Part shown: positions 14,740 through 27,739 of the stretch, piece after piece
How positions within the stretch are numbered: position 1 is the first letter of the stretch
How the letters are laid out: each line of letters begins with the position of its first letter
DNA from: Octopus sinensis
Taxonomy: Eukaryota
Reading direction: 5' to 3'
NCBI RefSeq assembly: GCF_006345805.1
Contig: NW_021828015.1
Span: 92,468 to 156,467 of the forward strand
DNA: 64,000 bases
Notes under the pieces: generated by a model
The model's database searches: none
Told to the model about the DNA's origin: nothing
Seen by the model: only the letters and a program-made list of their open reading frames with translations
Position numbers and translations under genes: made by a program

Positions 14740-15350
14740 ATGTGTGTGTGAGTGTTTGTGTTTGTATGTATGTGTGTGTAAGCATGTGTATATGTGTGTA
14801 TGTCTGCATGAGTGTATATCTGCATGAGTGTATGTGTGTATGTGTCTGTATGTATGTATGTATGCATGTATGTGTGTGTAAGCATGTGTATATGTGTGTA
14901 TGTCTGCATGAGTGTATATCTGCATGAGTGTATGTGTGTGTATGTGTTTGTGTGTATGTAGGTGTGTGTAAGCATGTGTATAGGTGTGTATGTCTGCATG
15001 TGTGTATGCATGTCTATATGTATGTATTGTGTAAGTGTGTATGCATGTGTATGTATATGTATGTATGCATATGTATTATGCACACATGTACAAGTGTGTA
15101 TGTGTGTGTGTGTGTGTGGTGTGTGTGTGTGTGTGGTGTGTGTGTGTGTGTGAGTGTTTGTGTTTGTATGTATGTATGTATGTATGTATGTGTGTATGTG
15201 TTTGTATGTATGTGTGTGTATGTGTTTGTATGTATGTATGTGTGTATGTCTACATGTATGTGTATGTATGTGTGTGTGTGTGTGAGTGTGTGTAAGTATG
15301 TATCATCCATGCACATATGTACGAGCATGTGTGTAAGTATGTATATGTGT
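14740..15350. repeat. TG/TATG compound minisatellite with ~100-bp higher-order unit
   Basis: tgtaagcatgtgtatatgtgtgtatgtctgcatgagtgtatatctgcatg recurs 100 bp apart (~14778, ~14878), with a diverged third copy. Confidence 0.85.
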
Positions 15351-15954
15351 GGGTTTCTTTTCTAAAATTCTTTTAATAAATAAACAAATTTAGAAATAAA
15401 ACTAATTTAGTTCTTTAAAATAAAAATTCTCTCTCACTGGAATATTATTTGGCAATAGAGTACAAGGTGTGTTACATGAAAGAAAGACAATGAAATAATA
15501 ATAGAAAATAAAACATAATGTTGCCAGAAGTCAACAGCTATTTTACAAGATGGACACACATGTTACACAATAGGTTGCTTTGTATCATGTTTTGTTCTGC
15601 TCAAATTTCTATATTTTAGTTTAGTAACAAACAATAACAATAACAATGATAATAATAATAATAACAATGGCAATGAGAGTGACAATGGCAAGGATGATGA
15701 TGATGATGATGATCATCATCATCATCATCATCATGATAGCGACAATGACAATAACGATAATGATGATATCTGTCTTTTGAATTCTGTTGTGAGTGCAAGC
15801 GTGGCAGTATGGTTAAGAAGATTGCTTTGCTCTGCTACCACGTGGTTTCTGGTTCAATCTCACTGTGCAGCACCTTGAAGAGAATAATTATCTCCTACAA
15901 TAACCCTGAACCATGAATTTGGCACATGGAAACTCATGTATATCTATTTATCTC

Positions 15955-16013
<59 letters not shown>

Positions 16014-16083
16014 CTCTCTCTATATATATATATATGTATATATGTGTATATACATATGTGTATATATATATATATATATGTGT

Positions 16084-16120
<37 letters not shown>

Positions 16121-16321
16121 AAAAAATAGTCAAGGCAGAAAATGCTAAAATAATTTTATAAAAAACATTTCAGTACCAGTTTCAGTCATTGAGACTATTT
16201 CAACTGTAAGTATGGAAAACAAATTTTGGAAAAATTAAAAGAAAAGTTTTTATATATATATATACATACATATATATATATATATATACATATATATATT
16301 ATATATATATATATATATATA

Positions 16322-16396
<75 letters not shown>

Positions 16397-17799
16397 ACAT
16401 ATGGTACAATTATAAACAGGGCAAATTTTAGCCATTTCTCCGCAGATTGCAAACAAGAGTCACAACCTGAATCAATTTTCAAACCTTATTGGGTTCCCAT
16501 CAGAGGCGTCCACATCATTTTGTCAATCTCCAAAGAAACAAGCAGCCAAACTGTTTATTTATATATGCATGTGAGTACGTGTGTTTGTGTGTCTCTCATC
16601 ATCATCATCATCATCATCATCGTTTAACATCTGCCTTCCATGCTAGCATGGGTGGGATGGTTTGACAAGAGCTGGCCAGGCAAAAGCCTGCACTAGACAT
16701 CTGTGATGTTTTGACAGGATTTTTACAGCTGGATGTCCTTCCAAACACCAACCACTCAGCAGAGTGGACTTAGTGCTTTTTGCATGGCACAAGCACAGGT
16801 GAGGTCAGTTTTGGCAAGGTTTTTACAGCTGGACACCCTTCCAAACACCAACCACTTTACAGTGTGGACTGGGTGCTTTTAGGTGGCACCTGCACTAACA
16901 GGATCACCAAGTACTTGCAAGACAAAAAAACTTTTAAGAGGAGAGGAGTGATTGGAAGAGGTGATGAAGAAAAGATTATAGTGAGACAGATACAAGTGTC
17001 TTGCTGTAGAGGAAGTACAAGGTTACTCGGCCAGAGAGAGAAAGATCAGGAATGAAGACAAAAACAGGTGTGCTACCACAAAGAAAATATACAGTTGCCC
17101 AACCTGAGGGAAGTGCAGGAGAAAGAGAAAGTGGAAAACCACAGGATGGAGGTGGTGGAAAAATGTCGGGCATACTCACAAGAAATGGGGATCAGAATAT
17201 AAATGAGATGTTTGAGTAAAGAAGAGAGAGATATAGATAATGGCAAGTGCCAAGGCATACCCTTGAGGTTCAAATGCCATAATATAAGTGACAGGATATT
17301 GCAAAGGGAGTGCGATTAAAGAGTGTGAGTAAATGACGAAAGACCTGGGTATATATAGAGTTGGAGGGGCTACCAGATAGCAATGATACAGAGGAGCAAG
17401 GGTGTGAAGGCAGGATTGGGGAGTGAGAGCTAGGCATAGTGAATGAAGGAGGAAATGCAAGAAAGAGATGTAGATTGGTTTGTTGGAGTAGGGTGAGGAA
17501 AAGTTTTCTTGTTACATGTGGGTGGAACACCCAGGTCAGGGGCTAACAGATGGCAATAATAGAGTGAGAGAAGGTATGTGGATAGAACACACAGGTGGGG
17601 GGGGGGGCAAGCAGAGAGCAGTGATACAGTGGCACTGGGCCAAGAGGATACGATATGTCTATATCTATCTATCAATCTATATGTATGTATGTAATTAGGT
17701 ATATATGTATGTATGTATATATGCATGTAAGTGTATGTGTGTATACATGTATATATGTATGTATATATGTATATATATGTGTGCGTGTGTGAGTGTGTG

Positions 17800-17869
<70 letters not shown>

Positions 17870-18182
17870 AATGCATATATATGTATATATAACTTATAAA
17901 TAAGGACAAAAGAAAAGAATTCTTATGCCAAACATGCCAAGAAATAGACTTAAAATCGTCAATAACCACATATAATTCTTCACGCGCGTCTCGAAACAAG
18001 CTGATAGAAATTTCTAAAAAATTCTATTATTACTGAATTGGTCCGATTTCTGAGTTAATTCATAAAGAATTTTCTCGTCATCAGCAGTAAATACGTTAAG
18101 AAATAAATGAAATACTTACTTGCACACATGCAACAAGCATACGCATATGCTTGCTCCATGTGTGCAAGATGTTTTATGTATG

Positions 18183-18703
18183 TTATGCCTCATTACTTCT
18201 TTCCACAAGGCCTTGGTGTTAACTCTGCCGCCTACAATAAGGTCCTGGAAACAATTGTTAAGCCCTGGATAGACAGTGTATGCAAATGAAAGGCCATATG
18301 TGTTTCAATAAGACTCTACACTATCAAACATGACTCTAGTAACACAGGAGTGGATGGCTGAAAATTTTGATGATCACATAATCCCTAACATTTGGCCTCC
18401 AAATTCCCCAGAGCATTGTTGAGAGAGAGGTCAATGAAATTGCTCATAACACCACAGATACTTTGAAAGCTGCCATAGTCAGAGTAATGTCCAAAATGAA
18501 CCAGGACTACTTGATTTGAGCATGTAGATGATTTAGATCTCATATAGAAGCAGTTGTTGAAGCTGAAGGTGGCTTTATTGAATAACATTATAGAAAAGGA
18601 AGTATATTTTTATCCTCCGAGCATTTTTTGATAAATAAAGTTAACTATTATTATATATCTATTTTTATAAACAAACCTGTCCTCAAATATCTTACGCACC
18701 CTG
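18183..18703 (+). mobile_element. Tc1/mariner DD37D (maT)-type transposase relic with 3' end
   Basis: The decayed frame reads PHYFFPQGLGVNSAAYNKVLETIVKPWIDSVC..RPYVFQ*D...NIWPPNSP...IEAVVEAEGGFIE*. The terminus ...tacgcaccctg is followed by TA. Confidence 0.85.
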
Positions 18704-18720
18704 TATATATATATATATAT

Positions 18721-18769
<49 letters not shown>

Positions 18770-18857
18770 CAAAACACACACATACAAAACTCACACAAAC
18801 ACACGTATAACATGTATGAATGTATATATATATGTATGTATGAACGTATATATATAT

Positions 18858-19272
18858 AGGCATAGGAATGGCTGTGTGGTAAGTAGCTTGCTTACCAACC
18901 ATATGGTTCCAGGTTCAGTCCCACTGTATGGCACCTTGGGCAAGTGTCTTCAACTATAGTCTCAGGCCGACCAAACCTTTGTGAGTGGATTTGGTAGACA
19001 GAAACTGAAAGAAGCCCATCGTATATATGTGTATATATGTATGTATGTGCGTTTGTGTGTCTGTGTCTGTCCACCCAACATCACTTGATAACCAATGCTG
19101 GTGTGTTTACATCCCTGTAACTTAGCAGTTCTGCAAAAGAGACCAATAAAATAATTACTAGGCTTACAAAATATAAGTCCTGGGGTCAGTTAGCTCGACT
19201 AAAGGCAGTGCTCCAGCATGGCCACAGTCAAATGACTGAAACAAGTAAAAGAGTAAAAAGAGAGTAAAAAAG
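18858..19272 (+). mobile_element. SINE family A, full length (tRNA-like head, internal microsatellite, tail ending (GTAAAAGA)n)
   Basis: Head ggctgtgtggtaagtagcttgc...ggttcagtcccactg..ggcaccttgggcaagtgtcttc; tail ...gtgctccagcatggccacagtcaaatgactgaaacaagtaaaagag. At least 10 copies or fragments occur in the window. Confidence 0.85.
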
Positions 19273-19367
19273 TATATATATATATATACACACACACATA
19301 TCTGTAAAATGTATATATACATATATATACACAAACATATATATACATGTGTGTATATGTGTATATA

Positions 19368-19403
<36 letters not shown>

Positions 19404-19711
19404 TGTATGTATGTATATAATACTGAAGCCAACGTATGTAAAATTTGGTAAAGCAGATGTGTCAGCAAGATAATTAGATACTGCTTGATCCTTTCCCATC
19501 TGACAGCAGCTAGTGCAGTTGAGCATCTAATCTAATTAAATCTACAATCTTCCATTGATGTCTTCATTTTTTTTTTATCCTTTTTATTTGTTTTTCCAAC
19601 AACCTGACAGAAATGTTAAAGCAACCAATACTTTGATAGGATGAAAAACTAAAGAGAAAATTTACAATAAAAATTAATTCCCCACAAATGTGTTGGAAAT
19701 CCTTTATAAAA

Positions 19712-19776
<65 letters not shown>

Positions 19777-19795
19777 TAATGATAATAATAATAAC

Positions 19796-19839
<44 letters not shown>

Positions 19840-20119
19840 TAACAATAATTAATTTTTTTATTGGCCACAAGGCCTCACACACAAAACATTAAAAGACATA
19901 CAAAAACATAAAAGGCAAAAACAGGACAATGCAATGGGTTTTGGCATATACACAATGTAATAACAATAAAAATTGAACAAATTAAAACTCCCAATTGGGG
20001 AGGTCCTTTAAGGTCCTTGTGGAAAAACCCACAAAAGACATGGGTGCCTGAACAACAAGGCCATTCTCCTTTTTTTTTTACAGGTGTGCACGCTCAGAAT
20101 TGGTCCTTTCACACTGGCC

Positions 20120-20153
<34 letters not shown>

Positions 20154-20195
20154 TAATAATAATAATAATGATGATGATGATGGTGATGATAATAA
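19712..20195. repeat. (AAT)n array split by a 270-bp unique island (19851-20120)
   Basis: Direct reading. Confidence 0.9.
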
Positions 20196-20367
20196 TGGTT
20201 TCATATTTTGCTACAACAGCAGAAATTTTGGGGGAGGGGATGAGTTGATTATATTGACCCCCCGTGTTCAACTGGTACTTTTTTAATTGACCCCAAAAGG
20301 ATGAAAGACAAAGTCAACCTAGGTGGAATTTGAATGCAGAACATAAAGACAGACAAAAATGCCACTT

Positions 20368-20937
20368 GTGTGAGCATCATCCTGAGCCAATCGTTGAAGG
20401 TAAAAGTGTCACTATCCTCTGGGATTTTCCAGTCAACATTGACAGAACAATCCAGGCTAATTGATCAGACATAATCATTAAAGACAAAGATGACAATACT
20501 TGTAGACTAATTGATGTAAGTGTCCTCACTGATAAAATTATATCTGTAAAGGAATTTGACAAATTAAGTAAATATAAGGACCTGGAATCTGAAATACAAA
20601 AGATGTGGCATCTTAAAGCGAGAACTGTTCCTGTTATTTTGGGTGCCCTAGGTATTATAAGAAAGGGATGTTAGTAACATCTAGATAATATCCCAGGAGA
20701 ACCATGTCTCAGAGAAATCCAAAAGATTGTGCTGACAAGTACTGCCCACATCCTAAGAAAAACCTTATCAATTTAAATATATGTGTTGTATTACATTATG
20801 ATATTTCGCTACTGCCCCAGCCACTTCCCCTCCCCAGGCTTTCAGTCATACTGCAATGTCTCTTATCCTTCACTCACCCTAGGACACTGGGTGTCTTGGT
20901 TGGTAAGTGGTTGTAACAAACATGCAGATTAAAAGTA

Positions 20938-20940
<3 letters not shown>
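20368..20940 (+). mobile_element. R4/Dong-like non-LTR retrotransposon 3' end (restriction-like endonuclease domain)
   Basis: The decayed frame reads HHPEPIVEGKSVTILWDFPVNIDRTIQAN*SDIIIKDK...LIDVSV...KLSKYKDLESEIQKMWHLKARTVPVILGALG. The 3' UTR runs straight into (AAT)n. Confidence 0.8.
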
Positions 20941-20983
<43 letters not shown>

Positions 20984-21289
20984 GGAATAATAATAATAAT
21001 AATCATTATTACTATTATTATTATTATTATTATTATATTATTATTATTATTATTATTATTGTCATTATTATTATTATATTATTATTATATTATTATTATT
21101 ATTATTATTATTATTATGGTTTCAAATTATGGCACAAGTCTAGCAATTTCAAGGGGGTGGGTTGGGTGGTTAAGAGGTTTGCCTTGCAATTCTGAATTTA
21201 TGAGTTCAATCCTGAGTCATTTTGGGTAAGTATCTTTATCATAGCCTGAGATCAGCCAAAGTACTGTGAATGGGACAAGGGACGGTGGT

Positions 21290-21615
21290 GGTGATGACAA
21301 TGAAGACAACTATGATGCAGATGATGATGATGCCAAATGAAGATGATGATGATGATGACGATGAAGCTGATGAAGATGATAACAATGATAATGACAAGGA
21401 CAATGATAACAAAGATGACAATGATTATGATGAGGATATGGATAACGATGATGATAATGATGATGACAATAAAGATGATGAAAACAGCAATCATTAAAAT
21501 TACAATGACAACAAAAATTATGACAATAACAAGGGATGATGTTGATGACATTGATGATAATGATGACGACGACAATAACAATGATGATAATGATGATGAC
21601 AACAATAACAATAGT
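21290..21615. repeat. degenerate (GAT/AAT/GAC)n trinucleotide array
   Basis: Direct reading. Comparable arrays lie at 38570-39270 and 57930-58460. Confidence 0.9.
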
Positions 21616-21786
21616 AAATGGGGCAGTTGATGATTAGTGACCCAGAACTTGGCAGATATGATATTTTCACTGACCAAGTAAGAATGGGAGATAAAGACCA
21701 TCTCTCAGAGGATTTGAACATCAAAACATAGATATAATGACCCCATTACTTATTCAACTTCCCCACTACACACACACACACACACT

Positions 21787-21830
<44 letters not shown>

Positions 21831-21859
21831 GTAACTGCATTATTCATTACAATTATAGG

Positions 21860-22375
21860 TGGCAAGCTGGCAGAATCGTTAGGTGAAATGCTTAGTGGTA
21901 ATAGGTCTGTCTTTACATTCTGAGTTCAAATTCCACCGAGATCAACTTTGCTTTTCATCCTTTCAGGGTCGATAGATTAAGTACCATTTGCGTACTGTGG
22001 TCGAATCAATCGATTGGCACCCTCCCCAAAACAAATTTCAGGCCTTGTGCCTAAAGTAGAAAAGATTTTTATCGCTATTATCATTATTATTATTGCTATT
22101 ATTACTATTATTATTATTATTATCATTATTATTATTATTGTTATTATTATTATTATTATTATTATTAAGGCTGCAAGACAGCAGAATTGTTAGCATGCTG
22201 GGCAAAATGCTTAGTGGTATTTTATCTGTCTTTACATTCAAATTCCACCAAGGTTGACTTTGCCTTTCATCCTTTTGGGGTCAATAAATTAAGATAAAGT
22301 TGTGTACTGGGGTCAATCTAATCGACTGGCCCCCACCCCCAAAATTTTCGGGCCTTGTACCTAGTGTATAAAAGA
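21860..22375 (+). mobile_element. two SINE family B copies separated by (TAT)n
   Basis: Copies at ~21860-22065 and ~22168-22375 carry the gcctttcatcc...gggtc.ata...aagtacc domain. Confidence 0.8.
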
Positions 22376-22536
22376 AATATTTTCAAAATATAAATGATTA
22401 TATCTCTTATAACAACTAGCCTCCAGGATATACGACATGCTTAAATAGAATGTATTTCAGCAGGTATAGGGTAACAAAAAGGTTAACAAAGGAATAAAGA
22501 AAATGACCAATGTAATGAAAATAGCATTTCACTTAC

Positions 22537-22755
22537 AAACATGAACTCTGCCGAATTCTTCAAATGATGCTGCATAAAGTCTGGCATCTTAAATTTCATT
22601 ACAGTTTCATCACTGACACTGCTGTCCATTATTGGTGGAGATAACCTCTTTGCAGTGCCAGATTTTTCGAGGGTTTCCGGGTGCTTTTTCTTGGGTGGTT
22701 TACCTTTCTTTTTGTATTTCAAAGATGAATCGACGGCGGCCAGAGACGTCCTTGC
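22537..22755 (-). CDS. CFAP221: CFAP221/PCDP1-like internal exon (219 nt, 73 aa ARTSLAAVDSSLKYKKKGKPPKKKH...MKFKMPDFMQHHLKNSAEFMF)
   Basis: It lies inside ORF 22483..22896(-). The donor is TTT|gtaagt. The acceptor is the first AG after a ~105-nt AG-free pyrimidine-rich tract (catcaag|GCA). Phase 0-0. The terminal 'EFMF' joins 'NPIP' as human 'LYVF|NPNP'. Confidence 0.8.
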
Positions 22756-23374
22756 CTTGATGGAATCAAAGAGAGGTTTCATGAGGAAAAAAGAAAGAGG
22801 AAAACAACAATTTTCAGTGAGATGAGTATAAAAGTGACGAAGAAGAAAGTTAATAATAAGGCTGCAAAACTGTACTCCATTCTTCTCATGCATCAAACTA
22901 ATACACCTGCTTGTTGTTCCTTCACCTGTATTTGTCTTCTATTTTCTATATATTTGAACCATATATATATATATATATATATATAATAAAAATACGTTTC
23001 AAAAAGAAAATAGAAACTACACGTGGAGGAGACATGGAGAAAGTAAGAAGAAAAAAACAAAAATGCATATTGAATATCAAAAAAATAAAGGCTTTTTTAT
23101 GACAAGTAATGATAAATATATACAATTAGATGAACTGAGGTAGAATTAAGAGGAATAAAAGTCAGTATTATGAATTGTTAAAGGGATTCAAAGTCATACC
23201 GGTTTTGTCAATTACTGTTCACTGCCTTTGAATGCGCACCAATTACCAAATGGTGTTGGGTCTACTAGTCCCTGAGTAAAAAGATTATGTGTAAGGGAGG
23301 TAAGTAGTTCTGGATGTGGTGCAGTTAGTGTAGATATAATACTGTAATATGAATGGTGTAATATATATATGTAG

Positions 23375-23406
<32 letters not shown>

Positions 23407-23559
23407 ACATATATGTATGTATATATATATAAATAATGAGGGAGATAAATTAATATTAATTTTAATATCAATTTAAATTAATATTATATAATGGATTCTC
23501 TTGTCATGAAAGACAAATCAGGGTTCAGTAAAATAAAGCATTAATCATGTTCTATAGAC

Positions 23560-24060
23560 ACATATATATCTCTCGAGGCCTGCTGGTGCATTGCAAACCT
23601 TTTGGTATATGGAACGTGTTGAGGACTCAGTTTGCTTGAGTGCTTGAGGATCATTTACTATGGGTTTACATGAGTGGATGGCAAGGCCTGCTTTGCTTTG
23701 TGCCACAAAAACCACGATGGCAGATACGGTTTCCATTTAGAGGAGCAGTGTTTTGCAAGCATGCCTTCATACTTGCGCAAAGTTGGTCCCAACGTTGGAG
23801 TCAAATTTGCTCCAATCTTTGAACTGAGGAGAAGCAGGACTGGTACTAGGTCCTACATTCTAATGTTTGCTTTCTCCAAGATGTTGATGGAATATTGCAT
23901 CACTTCAGATTGTCTTTAGCTTGTCATTGAAGTGAAAGAGCAGCCTCTCTGTTGGGAATTGGCCAAGAAGTTCGCTTTGCAATTCAGATATCACTCGTAC
24001 ATGAGGGATGACATGACCATCTAAGGTCATCTCACATGATGAGGATGGCTTCAATATCTG
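23560..24060 (-). mobile_element. decayed RTE-type LINE 3' region
   Basis: Minus-strand remnants read 'LRWSCH' (cf. LRWxGH), 'FNDKLK..NLK*CNIPS' and C-terminal 'SKAGLAIH'. There are many stops and frameshifts. Confidence 0.6.
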
Positions 24061-24089
24061 ATATGTTGCATTTTGAACCATATAGATCA

Positions 24090-24267
24090 CTAGCCACTAA
24101 ACTTTTTTCTATTTTCTCTCCCAGTTTATTTCTGTGTTCCTTTCTGTCAAAGAGTGTAGGCTCGAAACGTAAGAGTGTAGGCTCGAAACTTTCTCACTTC
24201 CCGAGCATTAAACTAATACATTTGTTTCTACATCCATCTTCGCCTTTTGTTATTTTGTAAATTCTCA

Positions 24268-24270
<3 letters not shown>
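24090..24270 (+). mobile_element. Penelope-like terminal repeat (pLTR-like)
   Basis: It contains ctttCTG.cgaaGAGc.tagGCTCGAAACGT, a hammerhead-like motif typical of PLE pLTRs. Paralogs lie at 2275-2450(+) and 55365-55530(-). Confidence 0.55.
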
Positions 24271-24298
<28 letters not shown>

Positions 24299-24634
24299 CG
24301 GAGATGTACTTGCATAACAAGTGATTTGATCTGAGATTGTGTGCTGAAACGAAAACAATTGCAGCGTGGAAGGTGTTTGTAAGCCATTTAAGAAACACAC
24401 AAAAGCCATTCAATTCACTTCAACATTTAAGTTTAATTTGTCAAAATATTTTCGTCACTTTAAGACCGCGACCTGTTCACTGACAAAAGAAGAGATGCAA
24501 CGCAAATTTTTGTCAGTGAACAGGTCGCGGTCTTAAAGCAACGAAAATATTTTGACAAATTAAACTTAAATGTTGAAGTGAATCGAACGGCTTTTGTGTG
24601 TTTCTTAAATGGCTTACAAACACTTTCCATGCTG
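24299..24634. repeat. fold-back pair of an interspersed repeat (127-bp arms)
   Basis: 24362-24488 is the reverse complement of 24508-24634 with 6 mismatches by manual count. A single-arm copy of the repeat lies at 41748-41965. Confidence 0.9.
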
Positions 24635-25989
24635 TATATATATATATATACATATATGTTATATATATATGTTATTGAATTTAATCTTATGTGTGCATTG
24701 CTATAGCACACCAGCAATTAATTCTTACACTATCTATCTATATATAGTCATAGATTGGTGGTTTGATTCGATTAGTCCCCAGTTCAATTCATGTATGTGA
24801 TGTTGATAAGCAACACACAATTGGCAAAATATCAGTATCCGTCATTCCTGAATTTGATCAAATGTGGATTGCCTTGCCTGACTATAACATTCAGGTGTTT
24901 TGACACCCAGAGTTATGAGGGAGTCGTCCCTCAAGAGCTCTGGCAAAGAAAACTGCCAAAAAAACAAAAGTGTGGTAGGCATGGCTGTGTGGTAAGAAGT
25001 TTGCTTTTTAACCATATGGTTCTGGGTTCAGTCCCAACTTACTACCGATGCAGCTTCCTTCCACAAAAAACTTAATTAAATGTGGTGACACCACCAAAGA
25101 GATAGATGTCTCCATACTAGCCTTGGAGAAGAACATAAGCAATCTTTTATCAAGAAACTATATTGATCCACCGCCTCAACCCAAGGATCAACAGTCCATC
25201 GGGGAGGGGCCAGTGGCTCTTATGAATACATCATGGTGATTATGGCCAACATCATAACATATGCTACTAACACTATCTTCCATCACCATGATGTGAAAAT
25301 ACATCAAAGACCAGCTTAGAGAGTTGCTTACACCAATTGTTGGAGAGTTGCTACTGCTGATAACCCAAATACCAAGCAGTTTAAAAATACAATAACGAAA
25401 TTAAAGTAAATACACGTTTCTTGGACTGCTTCTTTCTGAAGATAGGCCTTTGCACCCAAAATATAAAGGTTTTTGCAAAACTTTCTGAATTGTTAAAAAC
25501 TTTCTTTATTTCCCTTTTCTTTTTCTACATTTGTTGGTCTGAGTGAAATACGGCACTCTTGTGCGTTGTGAGTGTTTACATCCAGTAAATTAGCGATTCA
25601 GCAGAAGCGACCGATAGAATAAGTACTAGGTTTACAAAGAATAAGTCCTAGGGTCAATTTGCTAAGCTAAAGGCGATGCTCCAGCATGGCCACAGTCAAA
25701 TGACTGAAACAAAAAAAGTAAAAAAGTGAAAGAGTAAAGAGCATATATCTATATGTAGTCACAATATAAATATATAGAAATATATTTAGATAGAGGAAAG
25801 ATAGATATATAGATAGACAGACATATAGATATATCTTTTACTTTTATTAGTTTTAGCCAATTGACTGCAGCCATGCTGGAGCACAGCCATGAAGTATTTT
25901 AGGATATACTGTATTTTAGTATAGTATGTATTGAATATGCTGTAATAATTCAAGAAACATGGATCAAAACAAATATGAAACTTACTCAC

Positions 25990-26091
25990 CGTCATGGGCG
26001 TGTACCTTTCAGGATCTGGGTGCAAGTAGGAGACAGCTGCTTCGTGTATATCGCATGGTTCATATTCTTGTAGTTTGTAATACTGAGGTAC
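25990..26091 (-). CDS. CFAP221: CFAP221/PCDP1-like internal exon (102 nt, 34 aa VPQYYKLQEYEPCDIHEAAVSYLHPDPERYTPMT)
   Basis: Acceptor tttccctag|GTA and strong donor ACG|gtgagt, phase 0-0. It matches recalled human 'VPQLYKIKRYQPFSVHKSSTSYRPQKL'. It is too short for the ORF track. Confidence 0.85.
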
Positions 26092-26764
26092 CTAGGGAAA
26101 CAATAACAACAACAACATCAACAAGGAGTTACTGAATGAATACAAACCAACACGGAAGCTTCTAGAAATAGCAATAGAAAATTCTCACCTAAACCACCAC
26201 CCCCACCACCTCATGTAGTGCCTGACTGTCTTTAGAAATAATGATCATATTGAATGATAATCCTGAGCACAAACACGGGATGTGTGGTTAAGAAATTTGC
26301 TTCCCATCCACATGGTTTTGAGTTCAATCCCACTGCACAGCATCTTGGGCAAGTGCCTTCTCTATAGCAGCAGACAGACTGAAACCTTGTCAGTGGGCTT
26401 GGTAAACAGAAACTGAAAGAAACCCATCATGTATATGGACATGTGTGTGTGTGTGTGCACATGTGTGCAAGTGTTATGTTTGTGTCTCCTTTTCTTCACA
26501 TTGCGTGATACCTGTGAGTGTCACAATCGTACAACAGCATCGACCATTTCAAATATTCTGCAAATGAAAGCATGTGGCTTAGTGGTTAGGATGTTGGACT
26601 CATGATCATAAGGTTGTGGTTTCAATTCCTCTTGTAAGCAATTGTATTCTTGAGCAAAACAAGTCATTTCACGTTGCTTCAGTCCATTCCGCTGGCAAAA
26701 GTTAGGAATCCTGTGATGGACTGGCATCTCATCCAGGTCAGGAACTTTTTATGTGATGGAAACT

Positions 26765-27270
26765 GAGAAATCAGTCCCAGGACTTATTCTTTGTAAGCCT
26801 AGTACTTATTCTATTGATCTCTTTTGCCGAAGAACTAGGTTACCAGGACGTAAATACACCATGATTGGTTGTCAAGTGATGGTGAAAGAACAAACACAGA
26901 CACACAAATATACACACACACATATATATATACAACGGGCCTCTTTCAGTTTCCGTCTACTAAATCCACTCACAAGGCTTTGGTCAGCCTGAAACTGTAG
27001 TAGAAGACACTTGCCCAAGGTGCCATGCAGCGGTACTGAACCCAGAACCATGTAGTTGGTAAGCAAACTATTTACCACACAGCCACTCCTGCACCTATAT
27101 ATATGACAGGCTTCTTTAAGTTTCTGTCTACAAAATCCACTCACAAGGCTTTGGTCAGCTTGAAGATATAGTAAAAGACACTTGTCCAAGGTGCCATGCA
27201 GTGGGACCGAACCTAGAACCATGTGGTTGGTAAGCAAGCTACTTACCACATAGCCACTCCTTCACCTATA
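26765..27270 (-). mobile_element. SINE family A with tandemly duplicated head
   Basis: Two head copies (~26935-27095 and ~27105-27270) follow one partial tail. Confidence 0.75.
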
Positions 27271-27739
27271 CGCATCTTTTAAACCACTGTTATAAAATAA
27301 TTGCCAAACAAGGAAGCAATTATTTTGGAAAGAAAATAGAAACGTTTAACAAGGTCAGTTTGGATAACACTACCAACAGTGTTCTTCACATCAATAACAG
27401 ACTTGGATGTATCGTGGCAGAAAATGAAGTCTAAGTAAACCAATATATCTGATAAAAATATCAGAGCCGGAACTGCTTTGAGAAGCCAAGAACTTACCAG
27501 CCTGTGGAAAACGTTTATTAATATTGAGAGTCAAAGATTGAAATGCTTATTGCATAACTTCAACCACATCCTTCCTCAGTTATGGATAATGATTTTCATA
27601 TTTCTATGTCCATACCTGTGGGGTGAAATAGGTATTTGTCAATTCAGCTCTATGCTTATGAATTCTAAGAAGGGAACAAGGAAGCTGTTCCTTTTTTTTT
27701 GTTTACAGTTAGATGTTTTTCTTTCATTCTTTAACACCG

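Noticed and set aside
21270-21630. Asp/Asn-rich ORF resembling an acidic biomineralisation protein
   Set aside because: It is a degenerate (GAT/AAT)n array with no signal peptide or splice context. Equivalent arrays at 38570-39270 and 57930-58460 behave the same way.
24508-24562. second hammerhead-like fold (GTCGC/GCGAC stem before GAAA) in the fold-back repeat
   Set aside because: The upstream sequence (CAGTGAACAG) does not fit the CUGANGA core.
25048-25400. moderately GC-rich stretch with a 63-aa ORF
   Set aside because: No recognisable motif or splice context; probably an old TE remnant.
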